From the NCBI RefSeq assembly GCF_001194135.2, contig NC_068990.1:25392287-25456286 (forward strand): a stretch of 64,000 nucleotides of DNA, written 5' to 3'. The position numbers and the translations under genes were made by a program. Of this stretch, positions 51,411 to 64,000 are shown one piece after another. Source of the DNA: Octopus bimaculoides (taxonomy: Eukaryota). Under the pieces are notes generated by a model, which searched no databases, was not told where the DNA came from, and saw nothing but the letters and a program-made list of their open reading frames with translations. Within the stretch, counting starts at the first letter, position 1. Each line of letters starts with the position of its first letter.

Positions 51411-51858
51411 NNNNNNNNNNNNNNNNNNNNNNNNNNNNNNNNNNNNNNNNNNNNNNNNNNNNNNNNNNNNNNNNNNNNNNNNNNNNNNNNNNNNNNNNNN
51501 NNNNNNNNNNNNNNNNNNNNNNNNNNNNNNNNNNNNNNNNNNNNNNNNNNNNNNNNNNNNNNNNNNNNNNNNNNNNNNNNNNNNNNNNNNNNNNNNNNNN
51601 NNNNNNNNNNNNNNNNNNNNNNNNNNNNNNNNNNNNNNNNNNNNNNNNNNNNNNNNNNNNNNNNNNNNNNNNNNNNNNNNNNNNNNNNNNNNNNNNNNNN
51701 NNNNNNNNNNNNNNNNNNNNNNNNNNNNNNNNNNNNNNNNNNNNNNNNNNNNNNNNNNNNNNNNNNNNNNNNNNNNNNNNNNNNNNNNNNNNNNNNNNNN
51801 NNNNNNNNNNNNNNNNNNNNNNNNNNNNNNNNNNNNNNNNNNNNNNNNNNNNNNNNNN

Positions 51859-51893
<35 letters not shown>

Positions 51894-51898
<5 letters not shown>

Positions 51899-52678
51899 GG
51901 TGGGTGGAATGTAACTAGGCATCAGAAATTGCTTATAGAATTCTTAGCATCTGATTGCTCAGGAGCGAGCTAAGATAGCAGCACACTATGAAGTGTGGAA
52001 TTCTATTGTCTTGGTTTAGAGATGGTGGTGTGCATGGAAAAGTAAGCATGCAGCACTACATCCGGAGACAATAAAAAGTTATCATGCGAAGCTGATGACC
52101 ACGGGCTCTGTGAACGATGCAAGAAGTGACCATCCAACCAAATCCCGATCATTAGAGAATATGGCAACAGTGCAGGAAATGTTTGATCGCAGGCCGCAAA
52201 AATCAACACGTCAAGCGGCTCATGAAAGTGGACTAACAAGACACAAATACGTACAGTGTTTCCTGAAGAATTGAATTTTCGTCCGTGGAAACCCCATTAC
52301 GTGCAGGAGCTAAAACCTGTTGAGACGACGTGGACCTCATGAATAGCATCTAAGAAGTCCAGATCTCATTCTGTGTGATTTTTACCTGTGGAGTTACACA
52401 AAAGAAGTGTACAAAACAAAACCTTGCACACTGGAGGACTTGGAGACATGGATTCAGGAGGTTCTCAATGATATCCCAGACGACATCCTTCAGAAGGTTG
52501 TTCACTCCATCTCTGGCCGTTTGAGGAAACTGGTTGACGCCACCGGTGCTTAGGTTGAAATATGAAGATTTACTTTCATTTTCCCATGTAATAAAGAATA
52601 TTTATTATTTGTTTCAATAAATTTGTAAAAGGAATATGAATTTTATTATCAATTTTTAATGCCTACTTACTTTTCACC

Positions 52679-52681
<3 letters not shown>
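51894..52681 (+). mobile_element. ITm (maT/rosa-type) DNA transposon, internally deleted, both TIRs present
   Basis: TIR cagggtgaaaagtaagtaggcatt (right, followed by TA) and degenerate left copy; peptides TTGSVNDARS..KSTRQAA..SGL..F.PWKPHYVQEL and PDL..CDFYLWSY.KEVYKTKP.TLEDL..I...P...LQKV...R; catalytic core missing. Confidence 0.85.
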
Positions 52682-52716
<35 letters not shown>

Positions 52717-53863
52717 ATGTATTTCTATATATGACACGCATATCTATACATATAGATACATGAATATATTATATCGGTAGCATAGCAAGGGGCGGACCGC
52801 CCCGCCCCAGGCCTCTGTGACCAGGAAATGCCCACGTTTTAGAGAATGTAATAGTCTCAAGAGCGTGGAATTCGAACATATGTTTTTGTTAAATTGTTAA
52901 ATATGCAAGCAGAGAGGTGGGAGAAATATGAAAATGGTTTTTTCCATTTTGGAGAGGTCACTCAAAGGAACTGAATAGATCGGAGACGCAACCGAAAGAG
53001 CGAGGTGTATATATTTGTAAGTGGTGTGGTTGTGTATATGTGACTCTGAGAAGTTTTAAAGGGTGTGGGGGGCGGGATGGGCAACATAACGAGTTGTGTA
53101 TGTACAGTTGCCTGTATGTTTCAACGACAAGAGAAGCAGACGAAAGTGTGTGCATGTGAAGTGTAGTAGCGTATGCTATGCGTGTGAATCGTGTAATCAG
53201 TGACCGGGGGGGGGGGAGTGATGCATGTACGCAAACTGTTCTTTGAAGTGTAAGTGTGCGCATGATGCGGTGTGTACGTTTGTGAACCTTTGACCTAAGA
53301 TTAGTTGTGTGTGTGTGTGCGCGCTTTGTGTTATTTTAAAGCTGTGTATGTATGAACGGAGAACGAGACGGTACACAGTCTGGTATGTATATGCGTGCGT
53401 GTGGGGAATCGTGCGTACATCTGTTTGAGTGTTTTTATGAGTGTGTATATACGTATGTATTCATGAAGGCATTTACGTTACATTTTCATATTTACGCATG
53501 TGTAAATATTTACGTTTGTATAAATCTTTACCCGTGATTTCATTAGGTGTTAACGCTTGAATGCACGCATTTGTATATACAATTATGTACTCATGCATAT
53601 GTGTGTGTGTGTGTGTGTGTACATCTCTATTACACGCGACTCTTCATACATCATTTACGAATTTGTGCTTATGCCTGTTTGCGCGTTGTTGATGTTGCGC
53701 TCATGTAATGGATCCCGTTTGATTAAACGCGATGCCAATTTTCGAGACCAATGGATAGAATGAATTGAATCGAAAACAGCATATTACTGGTATTCAGTTT
53801 TATCTGAATCTGAGGAAGAAAATAAATTAATGAGCAGTGCACGCATAATCAACATACACACGC

Positions 53864-53896
<33 letters not shown>

Positions 53897-54861
53897 NNNN
53901 NNNNNNNNNNNNNNNNNNNNNNNNNNNNNNNNNNNNNNNNNNNNNNNNNNNNNNNNNNNNNNNNNNNNNNNNNNNNNNNNNNNNNNNNNNNNNNNNNNNN
54001 NNNNNNNNNNNNNNNNNNNNNNNNNNNNNNNNNNNNNNNNNNNNNNNNNNNNNNNNNNNNNNNNNNNNNNNNNNNNNNNNNNNNNNNNNNNNNNNNNNNN
54101 NNNNNNNNNNNNNNNNNNNNNNNNNNNNNNNNNNNNNNNNNNNNNNNNNNNNNNNNNNNNNNNNNNNNNNNNNNNNNNNNNNNNNNNNNNNNNNNNNNNN
54201 NNNNNNNNNNNNNNNNNNNNNNNNNNNNNNNNNNNNNNNNNNNNNNNNNNNNNNNNNNNNNNNNNNNNNNNNNNNNNNNNNNNNNNNNNNNNNNNNNNNN
54301 NNNNNNNNNNNNNNNNNNNNNNNNNNNNNNNNNNNNNNNNNNNNNNNNNNNNNNNNNNNNNNNNNNNNNNNNNNNNNNNNNNNNNNNNNNNNNNNNNNNN
54401 NNNNNNNNNNNNNNNNNNNNNNNNNNNNNNNNNNNNNNNNNNNNNNNNNNNNNNNNNNNNNNNNNNNNNNNNNNNNNNNNNNNNNNNNNNNNNNNNNNNN
54501 NNNNNNNNNNNNNNNNNNNNNNNNNNNNNNNNNNNNNNNNNNNNNNNNNNNNNNNNNNNNNNNNNNNNNNNNNNNNNNNNNNNNNNNNNNNNNNNNNNNN
54601 NNNNNNNNNNNNNNNNNNNNNNNNNNNNNNNNNNNNNNNNNNNNNNNACGAAAGCTTCTTACAACTTGGAGACGCTGCGTTCAGTCATGTAAAAACAAAT
54701 AGTAAATGAGTATATGCATATATACGTACAGGTATGTGCATACCGACATCCACCTGTATGTATAGATGCATATCTGGGTACAGGACATTGCAAACAAAAC
54801 GTAGACGAGAAAACACACAAGCCACATAGAGAACATTCTACTTCATATAGATATATATATA

Positions 54862-55070
54862 CAGACTGTCCTCATTTAACGACCGAGTTACGTTCCAACA
54901 GCCCCGTCGTTAAGCAAATTTGTCTTTAAACGAATATTCATAGGGTACGTTTTTTTATATATAGGTATAGTGTACTGTACGTACATATAAAAACAATACC
55001 GTACTGTATAAAGTATATGCAGTACAGGACCAAGAATCACTAACATAAATTGTTGAAAAATTTCTCATCA
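54862..55070 (+). mobile_element. Possible pogo/Tigger-like terminus
   Basis: ta|cagactgtcctcatttaacgacc...cgtcgttaag resembles Tigger TIR/subterminal motifs; no partner TIR found. Confidence 0.4.
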
Positions 55071-55155
55071 CGTTAGGGGCTGATGATTATAGTCACTATG
55101 GGCACGCAGGTATGATAGGATGTACTTCTTTTCATGCGGGCAAGAATACATACAT

Positions 55156-55211
<56 letters not shown>

Positions 55212-56130
55212 GACGGGCTTCTTTCAGTTTCCGTCTACCAAATCCACTGACAGGGCTTTGATCGACACTTTCCCAAGGTACCACGCAGTGGGACTGAACC
55301 CGGAACAATGTGGTTAGGAAGCAAGCTTCTTACCACACGGCCATACCTGCGCCTATATGCATATATTATACGCACACACTATCTATCCAGCCACCCATCT
55401 ATTTACCAATCTTCCTCCTCCTCCTCCTTCTACTTCTTCTTGTTCTTGTTCTTTTTCTTCTTCCATTTATCAGGAGAAAAACCCAAATAATATAACTACA
55501 ACTGATAAACTTAGCTAACGTGCACTCCTATTACCGTTAAAGTAGTATGACTTCCACATAAATTACTCCCATTTTCTTAACGTTATCTTTTTATTCATGT
55601 TATAAACGCGTATCTTTTCTCTGTTTTTTTTTTATCTTTTGTATTTTTTTCTCCAACAAATCTAACTTTTTTATATTGACATACGTTAATATTTTATAAG
55701 AGAATGTTTGTGTTTGTGTGTATACTCAAGGGAGGATTTTCCAGTATCTGTCATTGGAAGAATAATATTATATTATAATCTTTCATTTCTTTGACAGAAC
55801 CACTGGACAGATTCCTTCTCTCTTGCCAGAAATAAAGCAAATAAAACCGAATGAATGCACAAGCATGGTTGTGTAATTACGAAGTTCGCTTTTCAACCAA
55901 ATGGTTTTGAGTTCAGTTCCACTTGTGTTACATCTTGGACAAATGTTTTACTATATCCGCGAACTGTCTTTTGAGTGAATTTGGTAGACAGAAACAGTAT
56001 AGGGATCTTTTCTGTAGTTATCACAATTTTCTATTTCTTTTAGTTTTGTTTCCAATTGATTTCAAATTTGGTGTACCGATTTAGTTTTGTATGCTAATTA
56101 TGAAAATGAAATTAAATTTTTGTCATAAAT

Positions 56131-56336
56131 TGGTTTCAAATTTTGGCACAAGGGTAGCAATTTCGGAGGACGGAGTAAGTCGATTACATCGACCCTAGTA
56201 CTCAACTGGTACATGATTTATCGAACCCCGAAAAGGATAAACCCTAAAGTGAACCTGGGTGGTATTTGAACTGAGAACGTGAAGACGGATGAAATGCCGC
56301 TAAACATTTCGCCCGGCGCGCTAACGTTTCTGCCAA
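56131..56336 (-). mobile_element. SINE family A, CpG-intact
   Basis: aagtcgattacatcgaccc...tttatcgaaccccgaaaagg...catttcgcccggcgcgctaacgtttctgcca. Confidence 0.88.
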
Positions 56337-57383
56337 CAATTTTCTAAACTATCATCTGGAATAAACGAAACAGAAAATCCGATTAAGTGTGAAAAATTAC
56401 ATCAATATACCAAATTCGAAAAGCGACGGTAAAGATCCCTGAATGGAAAACCGTCGTGTGAATATGTGTGTGTGTAAGATGTATAACGTGTTTTTCATTT
56501 ACATGTTTCAGTCATTTAACTGCGACCAAGCTGGAGTACCGCCTTGAAGGGTTTTAATCAAAGAAATCGACCCTTTATATGTGTGCATGTGTATATGTGT
56601 GTGCATACGCATGCGCGTCTTTGTGTTTGTTTCTTCTCTCCTGCTTGACAACCGTTGTTGGTTTCTTTGCGTCCCCGTAACTTAGCGGTTTGGCAAAAAA
56701 AAAAAAAAGGTCATTAAAACAAGTAGCAGACTTCAAAAGAGTAAGTGCCGGGGTCGATTTGTCTAACTAAGCCCTTCAACTCTGTGCCCCAACATAGTCG
56801 CAGTCCAATAACTGGAACGAGTAAAAGAATAAAAGAGCAAAAGACGGTAAAACAGCTCAGTTCTATCTAAAACTACTCCGAAAGATTTTTTTTTTCTAAT
56901 GGCTTATCGAAGTCAGTTGTCTTTAAAGACAAATTATCTTAGTAACTAATAAAATATTCTACAGCTTTATAAACGTCGACAAGATCACCACACCCTGTTA
57001 GCAAGATTACATAATGTGAAAAAAATAGCGTGATCAAACGAACTTTGTAGGAATATTATACCCACTCAAAATACTATAACTACGCAAGAGGTTTACATCC
57101 ATTATTCGCTTTATGTATGGTAAGAGACAGGGAAAATAATCCTCTCCCCTTCTAATGAAATAAAATATTTATTTCTCCAGTTATAGATACAGGAATCTTT
57201 GAATCCTTCTCCCGAGAACACACATAAACACGTAAACGTTATCACATAAATGGCAACTTGATTCAACTAGCAGACGTTCTACATTTAATGTGTAATTTTG
57301 TGTATATATTTTTTTTAATGCAATAGCATACAATGTCGGGAGCTTCCCAACAAACAGACATATATGCACACACGCTCTCCCTC

Positions 57384-57423
<40 letters not shown>

Positions 57424-58223
57424 TATATANNNNNNNNNNNNNNNNNNNNNNNNNNNNNNNNNNNNNNNNNNNNNNNNNNNNNNNNNNNNNNNNNNNNNNN
57501 NNNNNNNNNNNNNNNNNNNNNNNNNNNNNNNNNNNNNNNNNNNNNNNNNNNNNNNNNNNNNNNNNNNNNNNNNNNNNNNNNNNNNNNNNNNNNNNNNNNN
57601 NNNNNNNNNNNNNNNNNNNNNNNNNNNNNNNNNNNNNNNNNNNNNNNNNNNNNNNNNNNNNNNNNNNNNNNNNNNNNNNNNNNNNNNNNNNNNNNNNNNN
57701 NNNNNNNNNNNNNNNNNNNNNNNNNNNNNNNNNNNNNNNNNNNNNNNNNNNNNNNNNNNNNNNNNNNNNNNNNNNNNNNNNNNNNNNNNNNNNNNNNNNN
57801 NNNNNNNNNNNNNNNNNNNNNNNNNNNNNNNNNNNNNNNNNNNNNNNNNNNNNNNNNNNNNNNNNNNNNNNNNNNNNNNNNNNNNNNNNNNNNNNNNNNN
57901 NNNNNNNNNNNNNNNNNNNNNNNNNNNNNNNNNNNNNNNNNNNNNNNNNNNNNNNNNNNNNNNNNNNNNNNNNNNNNNNNNNNNNNNNNNNNNNNNNNNN
58001 NNNNNNNNNNNNNNNNNNNNNNNNNNNNNNNNNNNNNNNNNNNNNNNNNNNNNNNNNNNNNNNNNNNNNNNNNNNNNNNNNNNNNNNNNNNNNNNNNNNN
58101 NNNNNNNNNNNNNNNNNNNNNNNNNNNNNNNNNNNNNNNNNNNNNNNNNNNNNNNNNNNNNNNNNNNNNNNNNNNNNNNNNNNNNNNNNNNNNNNNNNNN
58201 NNNNNNNNNNNNNNNNNNNNNNN

Positions 58224-58568
58224 CAGTGGTTAGGGCAGTGGACTCGCTGTCATAGGGTCGCGGTTTCGATTCCCAGACCGGGCGTTGTGAGTTTATTGAG
58301 CGAAAACACCTAACTTCGACGAGGCTCCGGCAGGGGATGGTGGCGAACCTTGCTTTACTCTTCCACCACAACTTTCTCTTAGTTTCTGTTGAGCTTGTAA
58401 TTCAAAGGGTCAGCCTTGTCACGCTGAATGTCCCCGAGAACTACGTTAAGGGTACACGTGTCTGTGGAGTGCTCAGCCACTTGCACGTTAATTTCACGAG
58501 CAGGCTGTTCCGTTGATCGGATCAACTGGAACCCTCGACGTCGTAAGCGACGGAGTGCCAACAACAAA
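58224..58568 (+). mobile_element. tRNA-derived SINE family D, near full length
   Basis: A-box-like cagtggttag, B-box-like ggtttcgattccc, tail cgacggagtgccaacaacaa. Confidence 0.85.
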
Positions 58569-59639
58569 TATTCCCGTGTATTGTGTTGACGATGGAAAAA
58601 AGCCTTTTTTGTAGCTTTAATCCAATTTTGTAGCTTGGATCCAATTCACAATTAACGTGAACTCTTTTTTAGAATTTTTTCACTTGCTCGACTACAACTT
58701 GTGTCTTTGGAATTATTCGGTAGTTCCTTAGTGCCTTCGCATTTATTTCAAGCATGGGATCTTTCTGATTGGCGGGCGCCACTTGTTTTCTAACGAAACA
58801 CTTTCAAACTTGGGACACTGGTAGAATGTGTCATATAAAACATCTTTTACTCTCACTGTTATTGAGAAAATTTTATCTTTTTAAAGTTATTTCGTGTTAA
58901 AGCATGTAGGATACCGGTTGTTTCGCCCTGGTCCCTTTATATAATTATACATGACCCACGTTGGATTCCTCACTCGTATCATTATCGACCCTGGAGCTTA
59001 ACTATGCTCTAGCCATAGCATTAACTTAGCGTTTACCCGATACCTTTTAGGTCTTCCTGACACCAATACCTTTCATATTCTATAATTATATATATGTGTG
59101 TGTTTCATACACACGCACATATACAAGATAAGATTTAAATCATCATCATCATCTGTTCCATGCTGGCATGGGTTGGACGGTTTGACTGGATCCGATGGGT
59201 TCAAAGACTGCATTGTCCGCTTTGACATGATTTCTACAACTGGATGCTCTTCCTAATGCCAACCATTTTACGTGTACGAGGTGATTTAGGCACAAGACCT
59301 GCTATTTTAATTTGAAGAGGTTAGTCAATACTATCGGCTCCAGTATTTGATTGGTACAGGCAATGGTGAAATTTTGGGAAGTACACAAATTTTGGAAAGC
59401 CCCACCACCACCACGACGTTTTCTCTAAAAAAATATGTTTTGTGGCACATTAGGTCACCGTAATTCATTCAACGAAAAAAAAAAAACTCCAGTGATTCCG
59501 GGTTGCGGACAAAAATAAGGGGTTTGCGGCACAAAGGAGGTCAAGGTACCTGATTGCACACAAAAAAATCCGAGGTCTTTTTTTTGCTTAGTGAAACGCG
59601 TGTGGGTGTACTTCTTCCCCAAATTTACTCAGGCAATAA

Positions 59640-59900
59640 GCGACTGATTGGTAAACTGCTATTATCAATATTAAACATAAGCAATCGATGTGACTGGAAT
59701 CTTTTACAGAGAAGTCCTTGCACAGTTAAGTTCATCGTAGTTCACATAATTTGTTCGTAGCTAAACTGTTTCCGGTCCTCTAGACTGAATTATATTGAAA
59801 CAACCGGAAGTTTGCGAAGGTAATTGTTCAGCTATTGGTGTCAACTGATTCAATAGAGAGAAATGGCGGCGATAATGGGCCGGGATGGGGAGGGGACAGA
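59640..59900 (+). promoter_or_regulatory. Candidate housekeeping-type promoter/TSS
   Basis: ETS site accggaagt (59803-59811), ttccgg (59770), ATTGG boxes (~59647, ~59834), YY1-type aaatggcggc with ATG at 59863; CpG retained here and decayed from ~60.6 kb. Confidence 0.5.
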
Positions 59901-60599
59901 AAGACGAAGTCGATTGTCGGTTAACAATAGTATTAGAAGCAGGAACAGCTGTATTAAAGTAGCATTTGTAGTAGGACATTATCGTTTCTGTTGTTGTTGT
60001 ATTACTTAGAAATGATGAGGGGTGGGTAATGACAGTAGTAGTAGTAGTAGGAGGAGGAGTAAGAACAAGATTTAAGTTAACGATACCAGTGGTGGAGGTG
60101 GTTGCCCGATTTGTTTTCTTTTTTTTTCGTATATCTATTGTTAAGTTGATTTGTTCCATTGCGAAATACGTTCTACATGACACGCGCGCACGCACACACA
60201 CACAAATAAACAAAGAAACTCGCCAGAATAAAAAAAATAGGAGGAAGTCGGGGAAATAAAAGTAAAAGGAAGAATAAAGAGTGGCGGTGGAGGAAGAGAG
60301 GGTGGATCTGGAGCTGGATGATGTTGGGGGAAATCCTGACGAAGTTCACAAATAATAATAATAATAAAAAGCATAACAAGGGCAATAACAACAAAAAGGT
60401 TAATTCTAGCATCTGACCTTCGCAACAGGAAACTATTTTGGTAAAAGATTCTAAAAAACGGCTCCATGGGTAGGGAGAGGAGAAAGAACGTCAGTGATTA
60501 TGTTGCTACTCCACCTACCATCAGACTTCATGAATGTGTGGTGTGTTCGTTCAGTTTGTTTGATTTTATTATTATTATTGCTAGCATACCCGTGTTGTC

Positions 60600-60835
60600 A
60601 AAAACACTTGGCTGGGAACCAGTGGTGTGATGATGATGACGTCATATCTGCTGTTAATGACTTTTTTTGACCAACAAGATGAAAGCTTCTTCACCAATGG
60701 GATCCAAGCACTGCAACATTAATGGAAGAAGTGTGTGGACTACAAGGGAGACTATGTTGAAAGATGAACCTCATTCAGTCACATTCCATGACTATTTTTT
60801 GGTCAGCCTATGATTTTTTCAGCTGAGCATCATAA
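60600..60835 (+). pseudogene. mariner transposase C-terminal fragment plus decayed TIR
   Basis: LAGNQWCDDDDVISAVNDFFDQQDESFFTNGIQALQH*WKKCVDYKGDYVER*. Confidence 0.85.
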
Positions 60836-60851
60836 TTACCTGTTTGTTTAC

Positions 60852-61213
60852 CTTTTACTTGTTTCAGTCATTGGACTACGGCCATGCTGGGACATCACCT
60901 TGAAAGGTTTAGTCAAACAAATCAACCCCAGTACTTATTTTTTAAGCCTGGTACTTATTCTGTTGCTCTCATTTGCTGAACCACCAAGTTATGAAGATGT
61001 AAACAAGCCAACATCAGTTGTCACATGGTGGGGATGGGGCAAGCACAAACATGACAGTTTTCTTTCAGTTTTCCTCTACCAAATATTCTTACAAGGTTTG
61101 GTCAGCCTGGGTCTCTAGCAGAAGGTACTTGCCCAAGGTGCCATGCAGTGAGACTGAACCCATGGCCACATAGTTAGGAAGAAATCCTCTTACCCATGCA
61201 ACCATGCATATAC
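60852..61213 (-). mobile_element. SINE family B, CpG-decayed
   Basis: gtttcagtcattggactacggccatgctgg...gctgaaccaccaagttatgaagatgtaaac. Confidence 0.85.
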
Positions 61214-61896
61214 CACATTTTTTTATTTTAGTTATATTTTGTTCTTGAAATCTTCTTGGATATTGTAAACCCTGACCCAGATCTTGGCTCCAGATATACT
61301 GGATCTCCCCCAACACCAATGTTGGTGAAGCTGAATGGGTCTACTCTGAGTTTACTTTTCTAAGCGTAAAAGAAAGTAGGAGAGGATACTCTTGAGGTCT
61401 TAGATGGGACATAGTAATCTGGACTGTTGTGCTGGATTTCTCACAAATATTCTTTTGGGGAATTATTCTTGTTGATATCTTTATTATCTTACCCTTTGTT
61501 TTGTTGAATACTTTTTTTAAGTGATATAAGCCCCACTTTTTGTGTGGTTGTATTCTGTCTTTGAATTGTCTTAAGCATCTTTGGATGCGAGGACCCAATA
61601 AACCAAAACCACTGATACCAATTAAGTACTGAAGGGTCAGTGTAAGCAAAGAAATTCACTATAACAATTTCTGACCTTGTACCTAAATCGGAAGCTGCCG
61701 CCTCCTCCTCCTCCTGTCTGTCTGCCTTCTCTCTCTCTCTCTCTCTCCCCCTCTCTCTCTCTCCCTCTCTCTCTCTCTCAACCTGTCAGTATTCCTGCTC
61801 ACATTTATGTCATTATATATGTCTGTGTATATACACACAAACACACACACACATGTATGTATGTATATATATGGGTGTGTGTGATACATGCATATA

Positions 61897-61929
<33 letters not shown>

Positions 61930-61937
61930 TGTGTGTG

Positions 61938-61970
<33 letters not shown>

Positions 61971-62944
61971 TATGTATATTATATATATATATTATGTATA
62001 TATATATATATTATGCATATATATCATCATCATCATCATCATCATCGTTTAACGTCCGCTTTCCATGCTAGCATGGGTTGGACGATTTGACTGAGGACTG
62101 GTGAAACCGGATGGCAACACCAGGCTCCAGTCTGATTTGGCAGAGTTTCTACAGCTGGATGCCCTTCCTAACGCCAACCACTCAGAGAGTGTAGTGGGTG
62201 CTTTTACGTGTCACCCGCACGAAAACGGCCACGCTCGAAANNNNNNNNNNNNNNNNNNNNNNNNNNNNNNNNNNNNNNNNNNNNNNNNNNNNNNNNNNNN
62301 NNNNNNNNNNNNNNNNNNNNNNNNNNNNNNNNNNNNNNNNNNNNNNNNNNNNNNNNNNNNNNNNNNNNNNNNNNNNNNNNNNNNNNNNNNNNNNNNNNNN
62401 NNNNNNNNNNNNNNNNNNNNNNNNNNNNNNNNNNNNNNNNNNNNNNNNNNNNNNNNNNNNNNNNNNNNNNNNNNNNNNNNNNNNNNNNNNNNNNNNNNNN
62501 NNNNNNNNNNNNNNNNNNNNNNNNNNNNNNNNNNNNNNNNNNNNNNNNNNNNNNNNNNNNNNNNNNNNNNNNNNNNNNNNNNNNNNNNNNNNNNNNNNNN
62601 NNNNNNNNNNNNNNNNNNNNNNNNNNNNNNNNNNNNNNNNNNNNNNNNNNNNNNNNNNNNNNNNNNNNNNNNNNNNNNNNNNNNNNNNNNNNNNNNNNNN
62701 NNNNNNTATATATATATATATATATCTTCATCATTATCATCATCATCATTTAATGTCTGTTTTTCTTGCTGGTATGGGTTGGATGGTTTGACAGGATCTG
62801 GCAAGCCATAAGACCGTGCCAAGCTCTAATGTTAGTTTTGGAATGTTTTCTATTGTTATATATATATATATATATATATATATGCATACACATATATACA
62901 TACATATATGTATATATATTTGTATGTATGTATATATATATATA

Positions 62945-63685
62945 TATATTGTGTGGTACTGAGGTGTCTTCCTGGCGACAACATGTAATTATGTACTCCA
63001 GTTTCTCTCAGTCATGGTTGGGTCATCGGTGACTAAACCAGCTCCGCTCTTGGTTCAGCTTCCTGAATCTTGGAGGAGGGTGTGAGGACACCCATCAGAA
63101 CTAAAAACAAGATTTGTTCAAACAAGGGCACAGGAGCGCTGTCCTTGTCCCTCACCTCACCAAATTAAGACCCCAATGGTGAATCAAGCAGAGGAAGCTA
63201 GATCTTCAAACTCAACGAGTGATCCTAGTGGAAGTGGATTATGCCAGATGGACTGGCTAGAAAGGCGCAACTCTAATGACATTAGAGCTAGCGGCATTCC
63301 GTTACAACTCATCTTCAGGACCTCACATGTCACTCCAGGTAGTACCACGGCAGAAGGATTTTGGCCCATAGTATGTAGGAACCTTCTTGACAAGGAGATC
63401 TCCACCCTAAACAAAGTCACGCCATTGGCAAGTTTCTGTTTGACCCAACTCTCCGCCCTTTTTTTTTTTTACAAAAGCCCGATGGTGATGGGGTAAGGAT
63501 GGTGGGAGCAGGTTTTGGTGAAACTAGAAGCTCATAGTCCAGACCTGCATGTTGGCAGCAGATGCAAGACGGTCGCCTGCCTGGGATCTGTTGACAACCC
63601 AGGGACTCGGTCCTACATCTGTAACTGGGCAGACCTATTTGGGAACACCATTGCTCACCCTGAATGGGGAAGGCCCTATATATAT
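62945..63685. mobile_element. GC-richer unclassified block, possibly a LINE 5' UTR
   Basis: About 50% GC against an AT-rich background, bounded by (TA)n; no recognisable peptide. Confidence 0.25.
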
Positions 63686-63694
63686 AGTGAGGAT

Positions 63695-63975
63695 GCATAG
63701 CCTAGAGGTTAGGTTGTTGCATGAGATCATGGTTTCAATTCCTAGACTAGATGGTGCATTGTGTTCATGAGCAAAACATTTCAATATCACATTGCTCTGC
63801 GATCACTTCGACATCTTATGCATGGCACACTGTGCCCCTGTTCAGGTAACACCGATCTGATGGAGGGAGAGAGTTAATGTATGGCTCATACTTTTGATCA
63901 CTATAGACAAATCATTTGTGCAGTTCGTTGGGCAAAAGAGCTGAACACTCATACATTGTTATTGATGGAAGATCC
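63695..63975 (+). mobile_element. Decayed tRNA-headed SINE (further family)
   Basis: cctagaggttagg...ggtttcaattcct (B-box-like)...gtgttcatgagcaaaacattt. Confidence 0.5.
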
Positions 63976-64000
63976 CATCATATATATATATATATATATA

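Noticed and set aside
61300-61660. Third RLE-LINE fragment on the minus strand
   Set aside because: Only faint resemblance to an R4-type C-terminus; motifs are not recoverable by eye

Overview
AT-rich eukaryotic genomic DNA from a gapped draft assembly (9 N-gaps, most abutting microsatellites). The repeat content (tRNA-headed SINEs with ATT tails, RTE tails ending gacgttaaa(c/t)gatgatg, very dense TA/CA/TAA microsatellites) fits a cephalopod, most likely Octopus; this is an inference. No intact protein-coding gene can be supported. The long ORFs in the track are artefacts of N-gaps or simple repeats, and the recognisable peptides are decayed transposon proteins: hAT, Merlin, Tc1, mariner (3 fragments), maT/rosa-type ITm, RTE LINEs (2), R4/Dong-like RLE LINEs (2), an L1/Tx1-like LINE and a Penelope-like GIY-YIG end. 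MITEs with TIRs/TSDs (piggyBac-type TTAA, hAT-type 8-bp TSD) and several SINE families are also present. Best leads: (1) a Penelope-like 3' module in which the GIY-YIG end is followed by a tRNA-shaped Pol III-like head, a TAA tract and a minimal type I hammerhead ribozyme (2 copies, the one at 47550-47595 with an intact core); (2) a sharp CpG-decay domain structure read from SINE copies (decayed before ~22 kb and after ~60.6 kb, intact between), with an ETS/YY1 promoter-like site at the right boundary; (3) a ~710-bp foldback-like element whose 32-bp minisatellite grows from the inner end of its TIR; (4) SINE core/tail swapping with local LINEs. Coordinates of repeat ends are approximate unless a TSD/TIR is quoted.
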